Positions 35,402-45,093 of a DNA stretch of 60,297 nucleotides are shown in pieces. The stretch spans positions 1 to 60,297 of the forward strand of contig JABMQS010000002.1 in the NCBI GenBank assembly GCA_013202525.1, in the 5' to 3' direction. Both the position numbers and the translations under genes were made by a program. Position 1 is the first letter of the stretch; each line of letters begins with the position of its first letter. The stretch is from Candidatus Omnitrophota bacterium. Lineage in GTDB: Bacteria; Omnitrophota; Gorgyraeia; JABMRG01. Under the pieces are notes generated by a model that worked only from the letters and a program-made list of their open reading frames with translations, was not told where the DNA came from and searched no databases.

Positions 35402-38400
35402 ATGATGAGAAAGATAATTGTATACTTAATAACGCTTATTTTTGCGCTTAACACCACATGGACAGGGCATGCTGTAGAGCATGCCCTGAGTCATCGCGGG
35501 ACTCTGCGCCCACTTGCTACGGCAAGGAGCCCTTTGGCATTTTTAGACAGGACTATGAGCGAGGCAGCAGCAGCGGCTATATCTGCTGAAACCGGGATAA
35601 GTCAGGCCGTTATACTAAGGCTAACTGAGATAAAACTCCTCTACATTGATGAGATGGGCGGCATATCTGATGAAGATACAAAGCTACTTAAAGATGTGTC
35701 AGAAGAGTGGCCGGATGAGCTTATCAAGCTCATAAGAGTCAGGGATTATCTTGGGTTCAGTAAGACCAGACTGAGAAGATGTAAAGCAGCCTTGGGCATA
35801 GTCTATGCAGGAATAGAAGATCGAATTGCATTGGTCAAGAAAGATGTTGCACATGACCTGTTGCTAAGGGAGCTTCTTTACAGGGCGCATATGTACACAC
35901 GGAAAGAAGTTGCCGATTTGTTTGGTTATAAGCAGGCTGTGGAGCGACTTATTAACAATGGCCAGCTTCCCAAATTTGAGGATGAGATCAACAGGGGGTA
36001 CTTCAAGAGAGTGGTGGATAGACTGGTGAGTGAAAGAAGAGATGGTGTGCGCCAGCTTATTCCAAGCGGGTGGCTATTGGCCAGGGATATATTGGCAAGG
36101 ATCAATTCGAAATTTCCAGACGTTACCAAGGTACAGATGGAAGGTGTCTTAGGAGAGACGGAAGCCAGCCTTAAGGTAGGGGTGAAGGACCCGTATATAA
36201 GAAAGACACGGTGCGGGTATCATCCATCAGTAGCAGAGCATTGCATGGATGTATTTGAAGTAAGGGATATAGAGACCTCAGGCCCCGCTGGTCTTGCCAG
36301 GGTAAAAGAAGATGTTTATTATAAAATATCGTGGGCTGCAAAGGCACTGGGCATCAATCACATTACATTGTTACAGCGATATCACAGCGGAAAGCTGATA
36401 GGTAAAGGAGGCGGAAGGGCTGGAGCAACCATACGCATAAAGGGCAGTGAGATACAGAGGCTTCGTGGCATAAACCTGGAGCAAGCAAGATTACTAAAGG
36501 CCGGAGAGCTTCATACTGCCTATGGGTTGTGCAATGCCTATAGGATAAATAAGGATACAGAAATGGCTATCTATAAGATGCCTATAAGGAGGGTAAGGCC
36601 GGGATATGCACTGCTCAGATTTGGGAATAGGTGGATTCCTATTTTTGAGGACTACCTGGATCTTATTCATATACCAGAAAGTTCTGTCGCTCTATTGCAG
36701 GGAGTAGAGAGGTTTATTTTGCCGACAGAGATAGCAGAGTATACAGGGCATGAATACGCAGAGATCTGCAGGCTTGCAGAAACCAGGGGCATACTTTTGA
36801 GAGAAGGCAGGAGTGAACCTGAGATCAGAGATTATACTCTGGGCGCTCTATTTATGGAAGACGAAAACGGGAGAGACCCAGCCTCAGAGAACTTCAGCCA
36901 GTTTTGCGATAGCGAGAAAGAGGCCTTTTTAAAGAGATATCCATTTATGGCAGAGGTATTGACCAAAGCTGTAAAACCCGATCTTTATAGGACAATACCG
37001 CTCTCCCTGACAGGCCTTGACAGCAATATCGAGAGATTGCGCATGCTCAGTATCTATGAGGAGGCCATAAGAAGAGGAGAAGTGGGCATGTCGCATACTA
37101 TCTCCTTATATATGAGTCAGCTGGCAATGGTAAGGGAGCTTATCCGTTTTGGTTATGTGACCAGGGCTGATTTACGCGATATAGAACATCAGCTCGCCCT
37201 GGATCGCATTGAGGAGATTTTTGCGGACATATATGAGTTGATGAAGGGGGATATCAGTCGAGTCAAACCAAGAGACCTGTATACCTTGTGTGAACGCTAT
37301 TACTTTACACCGCAACGGCTTGATGCTTTAGTCCATAAGGCGTCCCGGGTAGATAGAGTACTCGAGGCTCAAGAAGCATATGCGGGTTTTAGGGTCTCTA
37401 ACGGTAATGTGGTGATAATAGCAGAAGACGGGGCAACGACTGAAATACCACTTAACGGGAATGGGACTGCAGGAAACAATGCATCTGCGGACAGGCCCGC
37501 TTCAGACGCCAGTGTAACGATAAAGTCAGGCACCGCTGCCCCCCTGAAAACAGCGAGTGCAGGGGATGTTGCAGAACAGATCTGGGGCGGCAAGCTCGAA
37601 CCTGTCTGGGCTGAGAATATAGATATATCTGTGTTTGTTAAACTGCTCGAGCTCTGCCAGTGTGATGTGCTAGACCTTCAATCTGGCAAGTTTAAAGGAA
37701 ATCAGTTATATACACAGATAGAAGACAGACTTGCCCAGATATTTGTGGTCTCTATTGTCAATGCAGCCAGAAGAGATGAGAGATTTGCGCACCTTGACCT
37801 TGATCTTATCGAAAGAATATTATGCGCAAGGGGCCTTTGGGGCACACGCCCTGATGAGATGGCTGACTATTTGAATGGATTGGCGCAGAGCGCGGCTGAG
37901 GCCGACGAAAATGCCAGCGCCGCTCTTTCAGAGATGAGCGAATTTATTCGATTTGCCTTGAGCATAAAGTATCAAGCCAAGATCTACACGCAGAGGAATC
38001 GGGAGAGGTATAACCATATAGGTATTCCGAATATCCTTAATTCTATCTTGTGCTCTACCTTTTACAACTTAAGATTGGATACCAATGGTTTTCCAGGGGC
38101 ATTCGATGGGATCGATAGTGTGGTAGATGATGTAAAGGTCGCCGATGAGATTGTAGAAAGTGTCAGTAATCTTTGGAAGAAGGTTGATAGAGGCGGTGTG
38201 GTGGATAATGCCAGCAAAAAGTTCGGATATAAACGCCTGTTGGCGCTCTGGCCGTATTATTTTGAGATTGTCGAGGCCCAGATGAGGGGGTTGCGTGGAC
38301 AAAGAAGCATTATGGCCGCGAAATATTTAGATAGCCATTTTAGTTATAATCCTACCCTAGCGGAAGAGCCGCTGCATCGGGAAGGAAGATTAGAGCATTT

Positions 38401-38575
38401 CAATCTTGAACCCCTGTTGCAATGTGACTGCCTGCTTGCATTTGGCTGGGGCCCGGTATATGCCGGGGCTTATGAAGCAACCCCCCGCAAGGCTTTAGCT
38501 GCAAGAGACATGCCCAGCACCCCCTTATCATGTGGTTCCCCAACAACCCATCGCGCCATCCTATCCGCTGCGTAA
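35402..38575 (+). CDS. Large hypothetical protein (1057 aa) with a hydrophobic N-terminus and several degenerate HTH-like (excisionase/MerR-type) segments
   Basis: This is a long uninterrupted ORF. The N-terminus MMRKIIVYLITLIFALNTTWTGHA looks like a signal peptide or anchor. Recurring segments have the form xTxxExAxxLGhxxxxhxRhxxxGxL (for example YTRKEVADLFGYKQAVERLINNGQLP and YKISWAAKALGINHITLLQRYHSGKL). I recognise no catalytic family. Confidence 0.5.
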   Translation: MMRKIIVYLITLIFALNTTWTGHAVEHALSHRGTLRPLATARSPLAFLDRTMSEAAAAAISAETGISQAVILRLTEIKLLYIDEMGGISDEDTKLLKDVSEEWPDELIKLIRVRDYLGFSKTRLRRCKAALGIVYAGIEDRIALVKKDVAHDLLLRELLYRAHMYTRKEVADLFGYKQAVERLINNGQLPKFEDEINRGYFKRVVDRLVSERRDGVRQLIPSGWLLARDILARINSKFPDVTKVQMEGVLGETEASLKVGVKDPYIRKTRCGYHPSVAEHCMDVFEVRDIETSGPAGLARVKEDVYYKISWAAKALGINHITLLQRYHSGKLIGKGGGRAGATIRIKGSEIQRLRGINLEQARLLKAGELHTAYGLCNAYRINKDTEMAIYKMPIRRVRPGYALLRFGNRWIPIFEDYLDLIHIPESSVALLQGVERFILPTEIAEYTGHEYAEICRLAETRGILLREGRSEPEIRDYTLGALFMEDENGRDPASENFSQFCDSEKEAFLKRYPFMAEVLTKAVKPDLYRTIPLSLTGLDSNIERLRMLSIYEEAIRRGEVGMSHTISLYMSQLAMVRELIRFGYVTRADLRDIEHQLALDRIEEIFADIYELMKGDISRVKPRDLYTLCERYYFTPQRLDALVHKASRVDRVLEAQEAYAGFRVSNGNVVIIAEDGATTEIPLNGNGTAGNNASADRPASDASVTIKSGTAAPLKTASAGDVAEQIWGGKLEPVWAENIDISVFVKLLELCQCDVLDLQSGKFKGNQLYTQIEDRLAQIFVVSIVNAARRDERFAHLDLDLIERILCARGLWGTRPDEMADYLNGLAQSAAEADENASAALSEMSEFIRFALSIKYQAKIYTQRNRERYNHIGIPNILNSILCSTFYNLRLDTNGFPGAFDGIDSVVDDVKVADEIVESVSNLWKKVDRGGVVDNASKKFGYKRLLALWPYYFEIVEAQMRGLRGQRSIMAAKYLDSHFSYNPTLAEEPLHREGRLEHFNLEPLLQCDCLLAFGWGPVYAGAYEATPRKALAARDMPSTPLSCGSPTTHRAILSAA

Positions 38576-38583
38576 TCTAATCT

Positions 38584-38726
38584 GGAGATGTTTACCAATC
38601 CAAGCACGAACCTGCCTGTCCTCCGTAGCCCCACCGGAGAATCCGCATGATAGGGCGCAGGGGGATCCAGAATTTGTTCGGGAAACTGTCCCGTTTCCAA
38701 GCACGAAACTGTCTGGTCTCCTGTCC
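38584..38726. repeat. Repeat family A, long form (copy A2), directly after the 1057-aa gene
   Basis: GGAGATGTTTACCAA-[74-nt insert CCAAGCACGAACCTGCCTGTCCTCCG...GGGGGATCCAGAA]-TTTGTTCGGGAAACTGTCCCGTTTCCAAGCACGAAACTGTC is present. Its flanks are the reverse complement of A3, and its insert matches A1. Confidence 0.85.
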
Positions 38727-38784
38727 GAGTAGTTCTTCAACCAGCCTGTTTTCTGCAAAAAATCCTTTAATATATAGTAAATTT

Positions 38785-38793
38785 TGGTATAAT
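38785..38793 (+). promoter_or_regulatory. Candidate extended -10 promoter (TGGTATAAT)
   Basis: TGGTATAAT is at 38785-38793 with only a weak -35 box. It lies ~45 nt upstream of ATG 38840. Confidence 0.35.
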
Positions 38794-38839
38794 ATTATAC
38801 TAAGATTAGATTATGACTATAAAAATGGAGGGAACTCTC

Positions 38840-39571
38840 ATGAGAGATAACTTAAGATTTGGGATGTTGGTTTTAGTTATGGCCTTAAGCATAACCTTTA
38901 TCTGCACAGGCTTTGCGCATGCTTATGACATGAGGGAATACTACCCTTTAAATGTGGGTGACGAATGGAAATATAATATTGTGGAAAAAGATATCGTTGA
39001 GGAGGAAGGGATAGAGGTTTTTTCTGAAGAGATCTTTGAAAGTTGGGATTTTGTGGTGAAGGGAAAAGATATTATAGGCAAAGCCACGGTCTACATGATA
39101 GCAGAAGGAGATGAGGTTGTATACGAGGCAGTTGAGTCTGAGGTGGTAAAAAGGTTTAAGCGCATAGAAGGGTCCGATATTGTTAAATTTGACCCGCCTA
39201 AACCTTTATTTTTGAATCTGGAAGTAGGGGAAAGCAATAAATTTTCGTTAAAGAATTTATACTACAATGCAGATATCAACAAAACTTGGACAAACAAGGA
39301 GCAGGTAGAACTAGGCCTTGAGTCTATTGAGGACGTAATAGTGCCTGCAGGCAAATTCTCCGGCTGTCTCAAGTTTCGTATAGTTTCAAAAAAGCGCACC
39401 CATGCAGAGTCTAGATACGTTGAAGAGGAAAACATTATATGGCTTGCAAAGGGTGTCGGCATAGTAAAGACAGTCCACACAAAGCGGGATGTTATTGATG
39501 CTTCTAATGCTGAGATAGAACAATCTTTGTCTGTTCTTGCCTCGGCGGTCATAGATGGAAAGAAGATATAA
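38840..39571 (+). CDS. Hypothetical secreted protein (~243 aa)
   Basis: The start is placed at ATG 38840 (GGAGGGA Shine-Dalgarno 7 nt upstream) rather than 38813. The signal-peptide-like N-terminus is MRDNLRFGMLVLVMALSITFICTGFAHA/YD. The rest is acidic and beta-rich, and I recognise no family. Confidence 0.55.
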   Translation: MRDNLRFGMLVLVMALSITFICTGFAHAYDMREYYPLNVGDEWKYNIVEKDIVEEEGIEVFSEEIFESWDFVVKGKDIIGKATVYMIAEGDEVVYEAVESEVVKRFKRIEGSDIVKFDPPKPLFLNLEVGESNKFSLKNLYYNADINKTWTNKEQVELGLESIEDVIVPAGKFSGCLKFRIVSKKRTHAESRYVEEENIIWLAKGVGIVKTVHTKRDVIDASNAEIEQSLSVLASAVIDGKKI

Positions 39572-39642
39572 TAACCTAGCGATACCAACGCCCGCATTTC
39601 TCCACTATAAAAGGTATCGTCTCTATTAATATTGCATAGACA

Positions 39643-41175
39643 ATGAGCCGAAAGAAGATCGATTGGATATTCTTTTTAATCCTGGCGCTGGCAGCAGCGT
39701 TAAGGTTATATAATTTAGGGGCAGAGAGCATATGGTATGACGAGATAAGCGTTGTCAACAGGATGACAAGAGGCTTGTCTTATCTATTGTACGGCGGCCA
39801 CCAGGGCCCCCCCCATTTTTTGGTTATGCGCCTTTTTACAGGTGTGTTTGGTGTCTCTGCTGCAGCATTGAGGCTGCCATCGGTAATCTTCTCACTCTTA
39901 TCGCTGGCGCTTATTTATAAACTCGCTTTCCGTCTTTTTAACGAGAAGACGGCGCTGGTCAGCGCTCTGTTGTTTGCAATCTCACCTTTTAATATATTCT
40001 ATTCCCAGGACGCCTCTTACTACAGCCTCTATCTGTTTTTGGCTCTCTTGTCTGTGTGGTTGTTCGTGAAGATCCTGTATGAGGATGAATCAGGCTATGC
40101 AGGAGCCATTGGTTATGTGATAGTCAGTATCCTTGCATGTCTTACGAGCGTCTTATCCATTCTGATCATTTTTGTACAGAACATCATTTTTTTCCTGAGG
40201 AAGAAGACCTTTTCCAGAAGGTGGATTTTTCTCCAGCTCGTCATCTTTTTGTCCGTGGTGATATGGTTTACCGTAATGTCAGGGGCCTATTTTACCAGAG
40301 AGACGGAATTCTTTCATGCCAGGACAGGATGGATCCAGATGCCTGATTCGGCGTCATTGATAGATACCTTCAAGACATTTTGCTATGGGGGTGAGAGATA
40401 CGGCGGCAGCGACGTTACTGTCAGCCTGACGCCTGCCTGGATACCCATAGCCCTGTCGTCAATCTTGACGGTCTTCTTTTTTATCGGATTGTTGCGCAGC
40501 AAGGACTATACGAAGGCATTGCTGCTGCTTTTATGGATAGTGGTTCCGATATCGGTCCTGTACGTATATTCTGTCCTCGTAAGGCCGCTGTATGTGATAC
40601 GCTATCTCATATACTGCGTGCCGGCATTCTACATTACCGTCGGAATAGGAATAGCTGACATAAGGAACCGCTATTTAAGGTTGGGTATGGTTTTGGCTAT
40701 AGTTCTTATGATGGCGGTGCCTCTGCAGGCATACTATGCCCAGGATCTGAAGATACCCTGGAGAGATATAATAGCAGATATAAACAGCCAGTCGCGCAAA
40801 GGGGACCTGGTGATTGTGTCAGAAGCAAAGCAGGTGCAGCTATTCGGCTATTACGGTGAGGATGGAGCCCTCTATTTCGGGAAGGCCCCGGAGGCACTAG
40901 GCGCAAACCTTGATCTGATCAGGGGCGGGACTATACACCAGCTTGGCAAGTACAGCCTTGTGGGCGTGAATGATGCCAGCCAGTTATCTTCGGTTCCAAT
41001 CCGCACCTTTATCGAAAACAATAATAGATTATGGCTCCTCCTGACCCGGTGGTCCAGGAACTCAGAATCCATAAAGGCCTATATAGAAGATCGCCGCCCC
41101 TTAAGATTATACAGGCGCTATGACGGCGCTGCGCTTTATTATTGTCCCGCCACTGACGCGGACAGAAAAGGATAG
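39643..41175 (+). CDS. GT-C membrane glycosyltransferase, ArnT/PMT_2-like (family 39-like)
   Basis: The protein is polytopic. It has an N-terminal LRLYNLGAESIWYDE loop motif (DE acidic pair), an H..PP motif (GHQGPPHFL) and a C-terminal soluble domain. Confidence 0.65.
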   Translation: MSRKKIDWIFFLILALAAALRLYNLGAESIWYDEISVVNRMTRGLSYLLYGGHQGPPHFLVMRLFTGVFGVSAAALRLPSVIFSLLSLALIYKLAFRLFNEKTALVSALLFAISPFNIFYSQDASYYSLYLFLALLSVWLFVKILYEDESGYAGAIGYVIVSILACLTSVLSILIIFVQNIIFFLRKKTFSRRWIFLQLVIFLSVVIWFTVMSGAYFTRETEFFHARTGWIQMPDSASLIDTFKTFCYGGERYGGSDVTVSLTPAWIPIALSSILTVFFFIGLLRSKDYTKALLLLLWIVVPISVLYVYSVLVRPLYVIRYLIYCVPAFYITVGIGIADIRNRYLRLGMVLAIVLMMAVPLQAYYAQDLKIPWRDIIADINSQSRKGDLVIVSEAKQVQLFGYYGEDGALYFGKAPEALGANLDLIRGGTIHQLGKYSLVGVNDASQLSSVPIRTFIENNNRLWLLLTRWSRNSESIKAYIEDRRPLRLYRRYDGAALYYCPATDADRKG

Positions 41176-41178
41176 GAT

Positions 41179-42948
41179 GTGGGTATAAGGAAGTCACTGT
41201 TACTGCCGCTTCTTGTATTTATCATCGCCACAGTCATATTTTGTCTCCCTCTATTTGGAGCTTTTAGTTATCTGGGGCAGATGGATTGGGACCAGTTTAC
41301 TTTCTGGAACGCTGCTTCAAGAATCACCTTGCTGAGATATCATCAGTTTCCTTTATGGAATCCGTATGTTAACGGGGGAAATGTATTGCTGGCCCACCCC
41401 CACTCATCCTTCCTGAGCCCATTATATATATTGGTGCTCTTGTTTGGTTCGGTCGCAGGCCTGAAGCTTCAGGTAATGCTCTACTTATTTTTTGGTTTAA
41501 TCGGCATGTATCTCTTGTCCGTTTATAAGAAATTAAGCCGCCCGGCATCTTACCTTACATCATTTGTCTTCATGCTTTGCTCTGTATATGTGCTGCATAT
41601 GACAGAAGGCCACGCATCGTGGATGCCGATGGCATTGATCCCGTGGTTTTTTCTCCTCTTTCTAAAAAGCATAGAGCAGAGGCGCTATATCCCATTGTCG
41701 GTTATTGTTCTCGGGCTCATCGCTTTTGCAGGCAGCGTGGATGTATTTGCTATTTTGGTCTTTTTTGTGTTTATCTATGCGCTGTTTTCCTCGATCCAGG
41801 AGAGACGCTTTTTGCCCCTGGGCCTGTTTCTTCTTATATGCGCGGCCACCTTCCTGGTATGCGCTGTTAAGCTTTTGCCTATGCTTGAGTTCCTGCGCCA
41901 AAGCAGCCGCACGACACTTGAGTCATCAGGAATGTCGTTTCCGGTCCTCTGCAAGATACTGCTATCCAGGAGCCAGGACTATTATGACATGCTTAACAAG
42001 GGTGTTAATATTGCATTAGGTATAAGCGGCGAATGGCATGAATACGGGGCCTACATAGGTATTTTGCCTTTAGCCCTTGGATGCATAGGAGCAGTGAGAC
42101 GCCTTAAGGCAGACTGGCCTTTGATATTGACGGGGGCAATATGCCTATTAATAGTATTGTCAGGGGCGCTGCCTTTTAATCTCTGGAATATGCTTAGCAA
42201 AGCGCCTGTTTATAATGCGCTTAGCTGCCCTTCACGCTTTATCGTGGGCTTCATATTCTCTTTTGCCCTTTTGGCAGGGTTTGGGTTTGATTATCTGCGG
42301 CAGTCTTTAAAGAAACTCACTCCAGGCCCGAGAGGGATCTTTTGCATAAATACATTGTTCCTGCTGATGGTTCTGTTTGTATTCTTTGATCTCTTCAGTG
42401 TAAACTCGCGCATATTTAAACATGCCTTTGTAATACCTCCGGCCGAGGTTACGGAAAGGGAAGACTTCCAGCAGAGATACGGGCGCGTCAATCTTTACGG
42501 CAGTGATATCAGCCGTAGCTCTGTCTACCCGATCATGTTGAGCAACAGTGGCATCCTGGATGGATATGAGGTGTTGTTTATCAAAAGGGGAGGTGTGGAG
42601 GTAGCCTCTTCCCGAAGATACAAGGGTGAGGCATATCTGGCAGATGATAGCGGTATTGTAACTATAGACTATTTTTCGCCGAACAAGATAGTAGTAACTA
42701 CACAGGCAAAGAAGGATTCGATGCTGGTTTTAAATCAGAACTATTACAGCGGTTGGTGGGTAGTAAAGGATGGCCGATGTGTTAGGGCCGAGGCCTATGA
42801 TGGTTTGATCGCGACAAAGGTATCTGCAGGCAAGACCAGGGCAACCTTCTTCTTCCTGCCGATCAGTTTCCTGCTGGGCGCGGCCATATCTATCTCTACC
42901 ATCACAGCCATTGCCGTTTATGCATATAGAGCGCGTACACCTCGTTAG
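41179..42948 (+). CDS. YfhO-like polytopic membrane protein (putative GT-C glycosyltransferase)
   Basis: It has a GTG start. The motif YHQFPLWNPYVNGGNVLLAHPHSSFLSP is YfhO-like. It has ~12 TM segments, a C-terminal beta-rich domain and a final TM. It is a paralogue of 46565-48304. Confidence 0.45.
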   Translation: MGIRKSLLLPLLVFIIATVIFCLPLFGAFSYLGQMDWDQFTFWNAASRITLLRYHQFPLWNPYVNGGNVLLAHPHSSFLSPLYILVLLFGSVAGLKLQVMLYLFFGLIGMYLLSVYKKLSRPASYLTSFVFMLCSVYVLHMTEGHASWMPMALIPWFFLLFLKSIEQRRYIPLSVIVLGLIAFAGSVDVFAILVFFVFIYALFSSIQERRFLPLGLFLLICAATFLVCAVKLLPMLEFLRQSSRTTLESSGMSFPVLCKILLSRSQDYYDMLNKGVNIALGISGEWHEYGAYIGILPLALGCIGAVRRLKADWPLILTGAICLLIVLSGALPFNLWNMLSKAPVYNALSCPSRFIVGFIFSFALLAGFGFDYLRQSLKKLTPGPRGIFCINTLFLLMVLFVFFDLFSVNSRIFKHAFVIPPAEVTEREDFQQRYGRVNLYGSDISRSSVYPIMLSNSGILDGYEVLFIKRGGVEVASSRRYKGEAYLADDSGIVTIDYFSPNKIVVTTQAKKDSMLVLNQNYYSGWWVVKDGRCVRAEAYDGLIATKVSAGKTRATFFFLPISFLLGAAISISTITAIAVYAYRARTPR

Positions 42949-42979
42949 TTTGCGCGTCCTTACAATATGAGGGGTCAGG

Positions 42980-44074
42980 TTGAGAGAGGCTATAAGGAAT
43001 TGCACAGATTACGCCGGAATGGCGAAGAGGATTTTTATCAAACAGGGCATGCCCCTGCATATCGTATTTTTCGTAACCTCAAGATGCAGCCTAAGGTGCA
43101 GGCACTGCTATTATTCAAACAGGCTGAATAATTCAGACCAGGAGCTCACCATTGATGAGATCGCAAAGATCGCAAGGTCACTGCCGCACCTGCTCTCTAT
43201 ATCTTTTTCAGGGGGCGAACCCTTTGCCAGAAAAGATCTTTACAGGATCGTGGAGCTTTTCCTAACGCACTGCAGGCCTAAGTATATTCAGTTTCCGACA
43301 AACGGTCTCTTGACCGCTGATATCATAGCGACCCTGGAGAAGGTGCTTGAGGCCTCCGGTAGTGCGCGGGTCATCGTCAATCTTTCGATAGACGGCACAG
43401 AAGATATCCATGACGCGATAAGGGGCAGGAAGGGCTCTTTCAAGAAATGCCTTGAGACGATGGATGCGCTGAAACGGCTCAAGAGACGCTACCCGGCCTT
43501 GTCTATCTATACTGCCACGACATGTATGAGCGAAAATGAGAATAACCTGCAAGAGCTCTTTGATCTTATAGTAAAGGATATGGAGCCGGAGAACATCGGA
43601 ATCAATCTGGTAAGGAGCCCGGTGGCAGAGGAGGCCCTAAAAGACCTGGATATAAATAATTACAAGAGGTTTTATGAGAGCAAAAGAAGGTACATGAAGA
43701 GCCGCCGCCTGGGATTAAGGGAGCGGATAGTATTGGCAAAGGAGTTGATGGAATCAGAGTTTATAGCAGATGCCTATTCCAAAGGTGAGTATTCGACCCC
43801 ATGCTATGCGGCAAACCTTTTTGGCCTGATCGATGAGAAGGGAGAGGTCTTCCCGTGTCTCTTGAGAGATAATTCGCTGGGCAGCCTGCGAGATCCGGAT
43901 ATAGGATACGACATGAAGCGGATATGGTCTTCTAAAAGAGCCTCAAAAGAACGCGAAGATATCCGTAAGCAGCGCTGTTATTGTACATACGAGTGTTGCA
44001 TGACCACCTCTATACTTTTTAACATCAAAAACCTTAGCCGCCTGGCCTTCGGCCTGGCGAGGATCAGATTTTGA
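42980..44074 (+). CDS. Radical SAM enzyme with a Cys-rich SPASM/twitch-like C-terminus
   Basis: The motifs are CSLRCRHC (CxxxCxxC), SGGEPF, and C-terminal PCYA...GEVFPC...CYCTYECC. The start is uncertain (TTG 42980 or ATG 43019). Confidence 0.8.
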   Translation: MREAIRNCTDYAGMAKRIFIKQGMPLHIVFFVTSRCSLRCRHCYYSNRLNNSDQELTIDEIAKIARSLPHLLSISFSGGEPFARKDLYRIVELFLTHCRPKYIQFPTNGLLTADIIATLEKVLEASGSARVIVNLSIDGTEDIHDAIRGRKGSFKKCLETMDALKRLKRRYPALSIYTATTCMSENENNLQELFDLIVKDMEPENIGINLVRSPVAEEALKDLDINNYKRFYESKRRYMKSRRLGLRERIVLAKELMESEFIADAYSKGEYSTPCYAANLFGLIDEKGEVFPCLLRDNSLGSLRDPDIGYDMKRIWSSKRASKEREDIRKQRCYCTYECCMTTSILFNIKNLSRLAFGLARIRF

Positions 44075-44075
44075 T

Positions 44076-45074
44076 ATGAGAGCCCCAAGACTGGATAAGA
44101 TTGCCTCAAAGACTACTCTGGCTTTTGAACTGTTAGGGTCCAGGTTTTTCAGTACAGCACGCCCCCTGGTAGTAGGCTGGAGGCTTACGCACAGGTGTAA
44201 TATGCGTTGTGCCAATTGCCACCTGTGGATGAATAAGGGTGGTGAGCTTTCGGCAGATGGTCTTAAGGGGATGATAGATAGATTATTTGAGCAAGGTATG
44301 AGGGCCGTTACCTTTACAGGAGGCGAACCATTATTAAGGGATGACATAGAGGATATCGTTACATATACAAGATCAAAAGGTATATCGACAGCGCTTAATA
44401 CAAACGGGGCTTTGTTGAAGGAGAAGAAGGCTTGTTTGAAGAACCTGGATAGGCTCCATTTAAGTCTGGATGGGCCGGAGGAGATCAATGATTCCTTGCG
44501 CGCCAAAGGCGCATTTAAGGCTACGTGCCAGGCCGTAGATATGGCAAAAGAAGAAGGTGTGCCCGTTATTCTTACAGCCTTGCTTACACGGAAGAATCTG
44601 GACTGCGTAGATTTCTTACTGGATTTTGCCAGGAGGCATAAGGTGAAGATAGGTTTTCAGCCAGCCTCGGGGAATTATCTGGGTTCTGACGAAGCAAATC
44701 CTCATTCGCCGCAAGGCGCAGATTACCAACAGGCGATCGCAATCTTAGAAAGAGCCAAACGCTCAGAGGGTAGGCATATTATTAACTCATCCACAGGATT
44801 AAGGCATATCAAGAGATTTCCGGAAGGCGAGCTTTCCGATTGCCTTGCGGGACGCTTGATCTTCAGGGTGGAACCTGATGGAAGGATGTACTCCTGCAGT
44901 TGGTCCGATGCAGGCCAGCAGGGAGGGCCCATCGATATAGACAATGTATCTAAGAGCTGTCTCCGCAAAGCCGCAACCTGCACTTCGTGCTGGAGATTTT
45001 TACCGATAGAATTAAACTCTATAGCATCCTTAAGGCCTGAACCTGTATTAAACGCTTTTTTTGCGTGGATATAA
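44076..45074 (+). CDS. Radical SAM enzyme with a Cys-containing auxiliary C-terminus
   Basis: The motifs are CNMRCANC, TGGEPLL, and C-terminal CLAG...GRMYSC...CTSC. It resembles 52649-53662. Confidence 0.8.
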   Translation: MRAPRLDKIASKTTLAFELLGSRFFSTARPLVVGWRLTHRCNMRCANCHLWMNKGGELSADGLKGMIDRLFEQGMRAVTFTGGEPLLRDDIEDIVTYTRSKGISTALNTNGALLKEKKACLKNLDRLHLSLDGPEEINDSLRAKGAFKATCQAVDMAKEEGVPVILTALLTRKNLDCVDFLLDFARRHKVKIGFQPASGNYLGSDEANPHSPQGADYQQAIAILERAKRSEGRHIINSSTGLRHIKRFPEGELSDCLAGRLIFRVEPDGRMYSCSWSDAGQQGGPIDIDNVSKSCLRKAATCTSCWRFLPIELNSIASLRPEPVLNAFFAWI

Positions 45075-45093
45075 TCTACAACCACGGTGAAAG

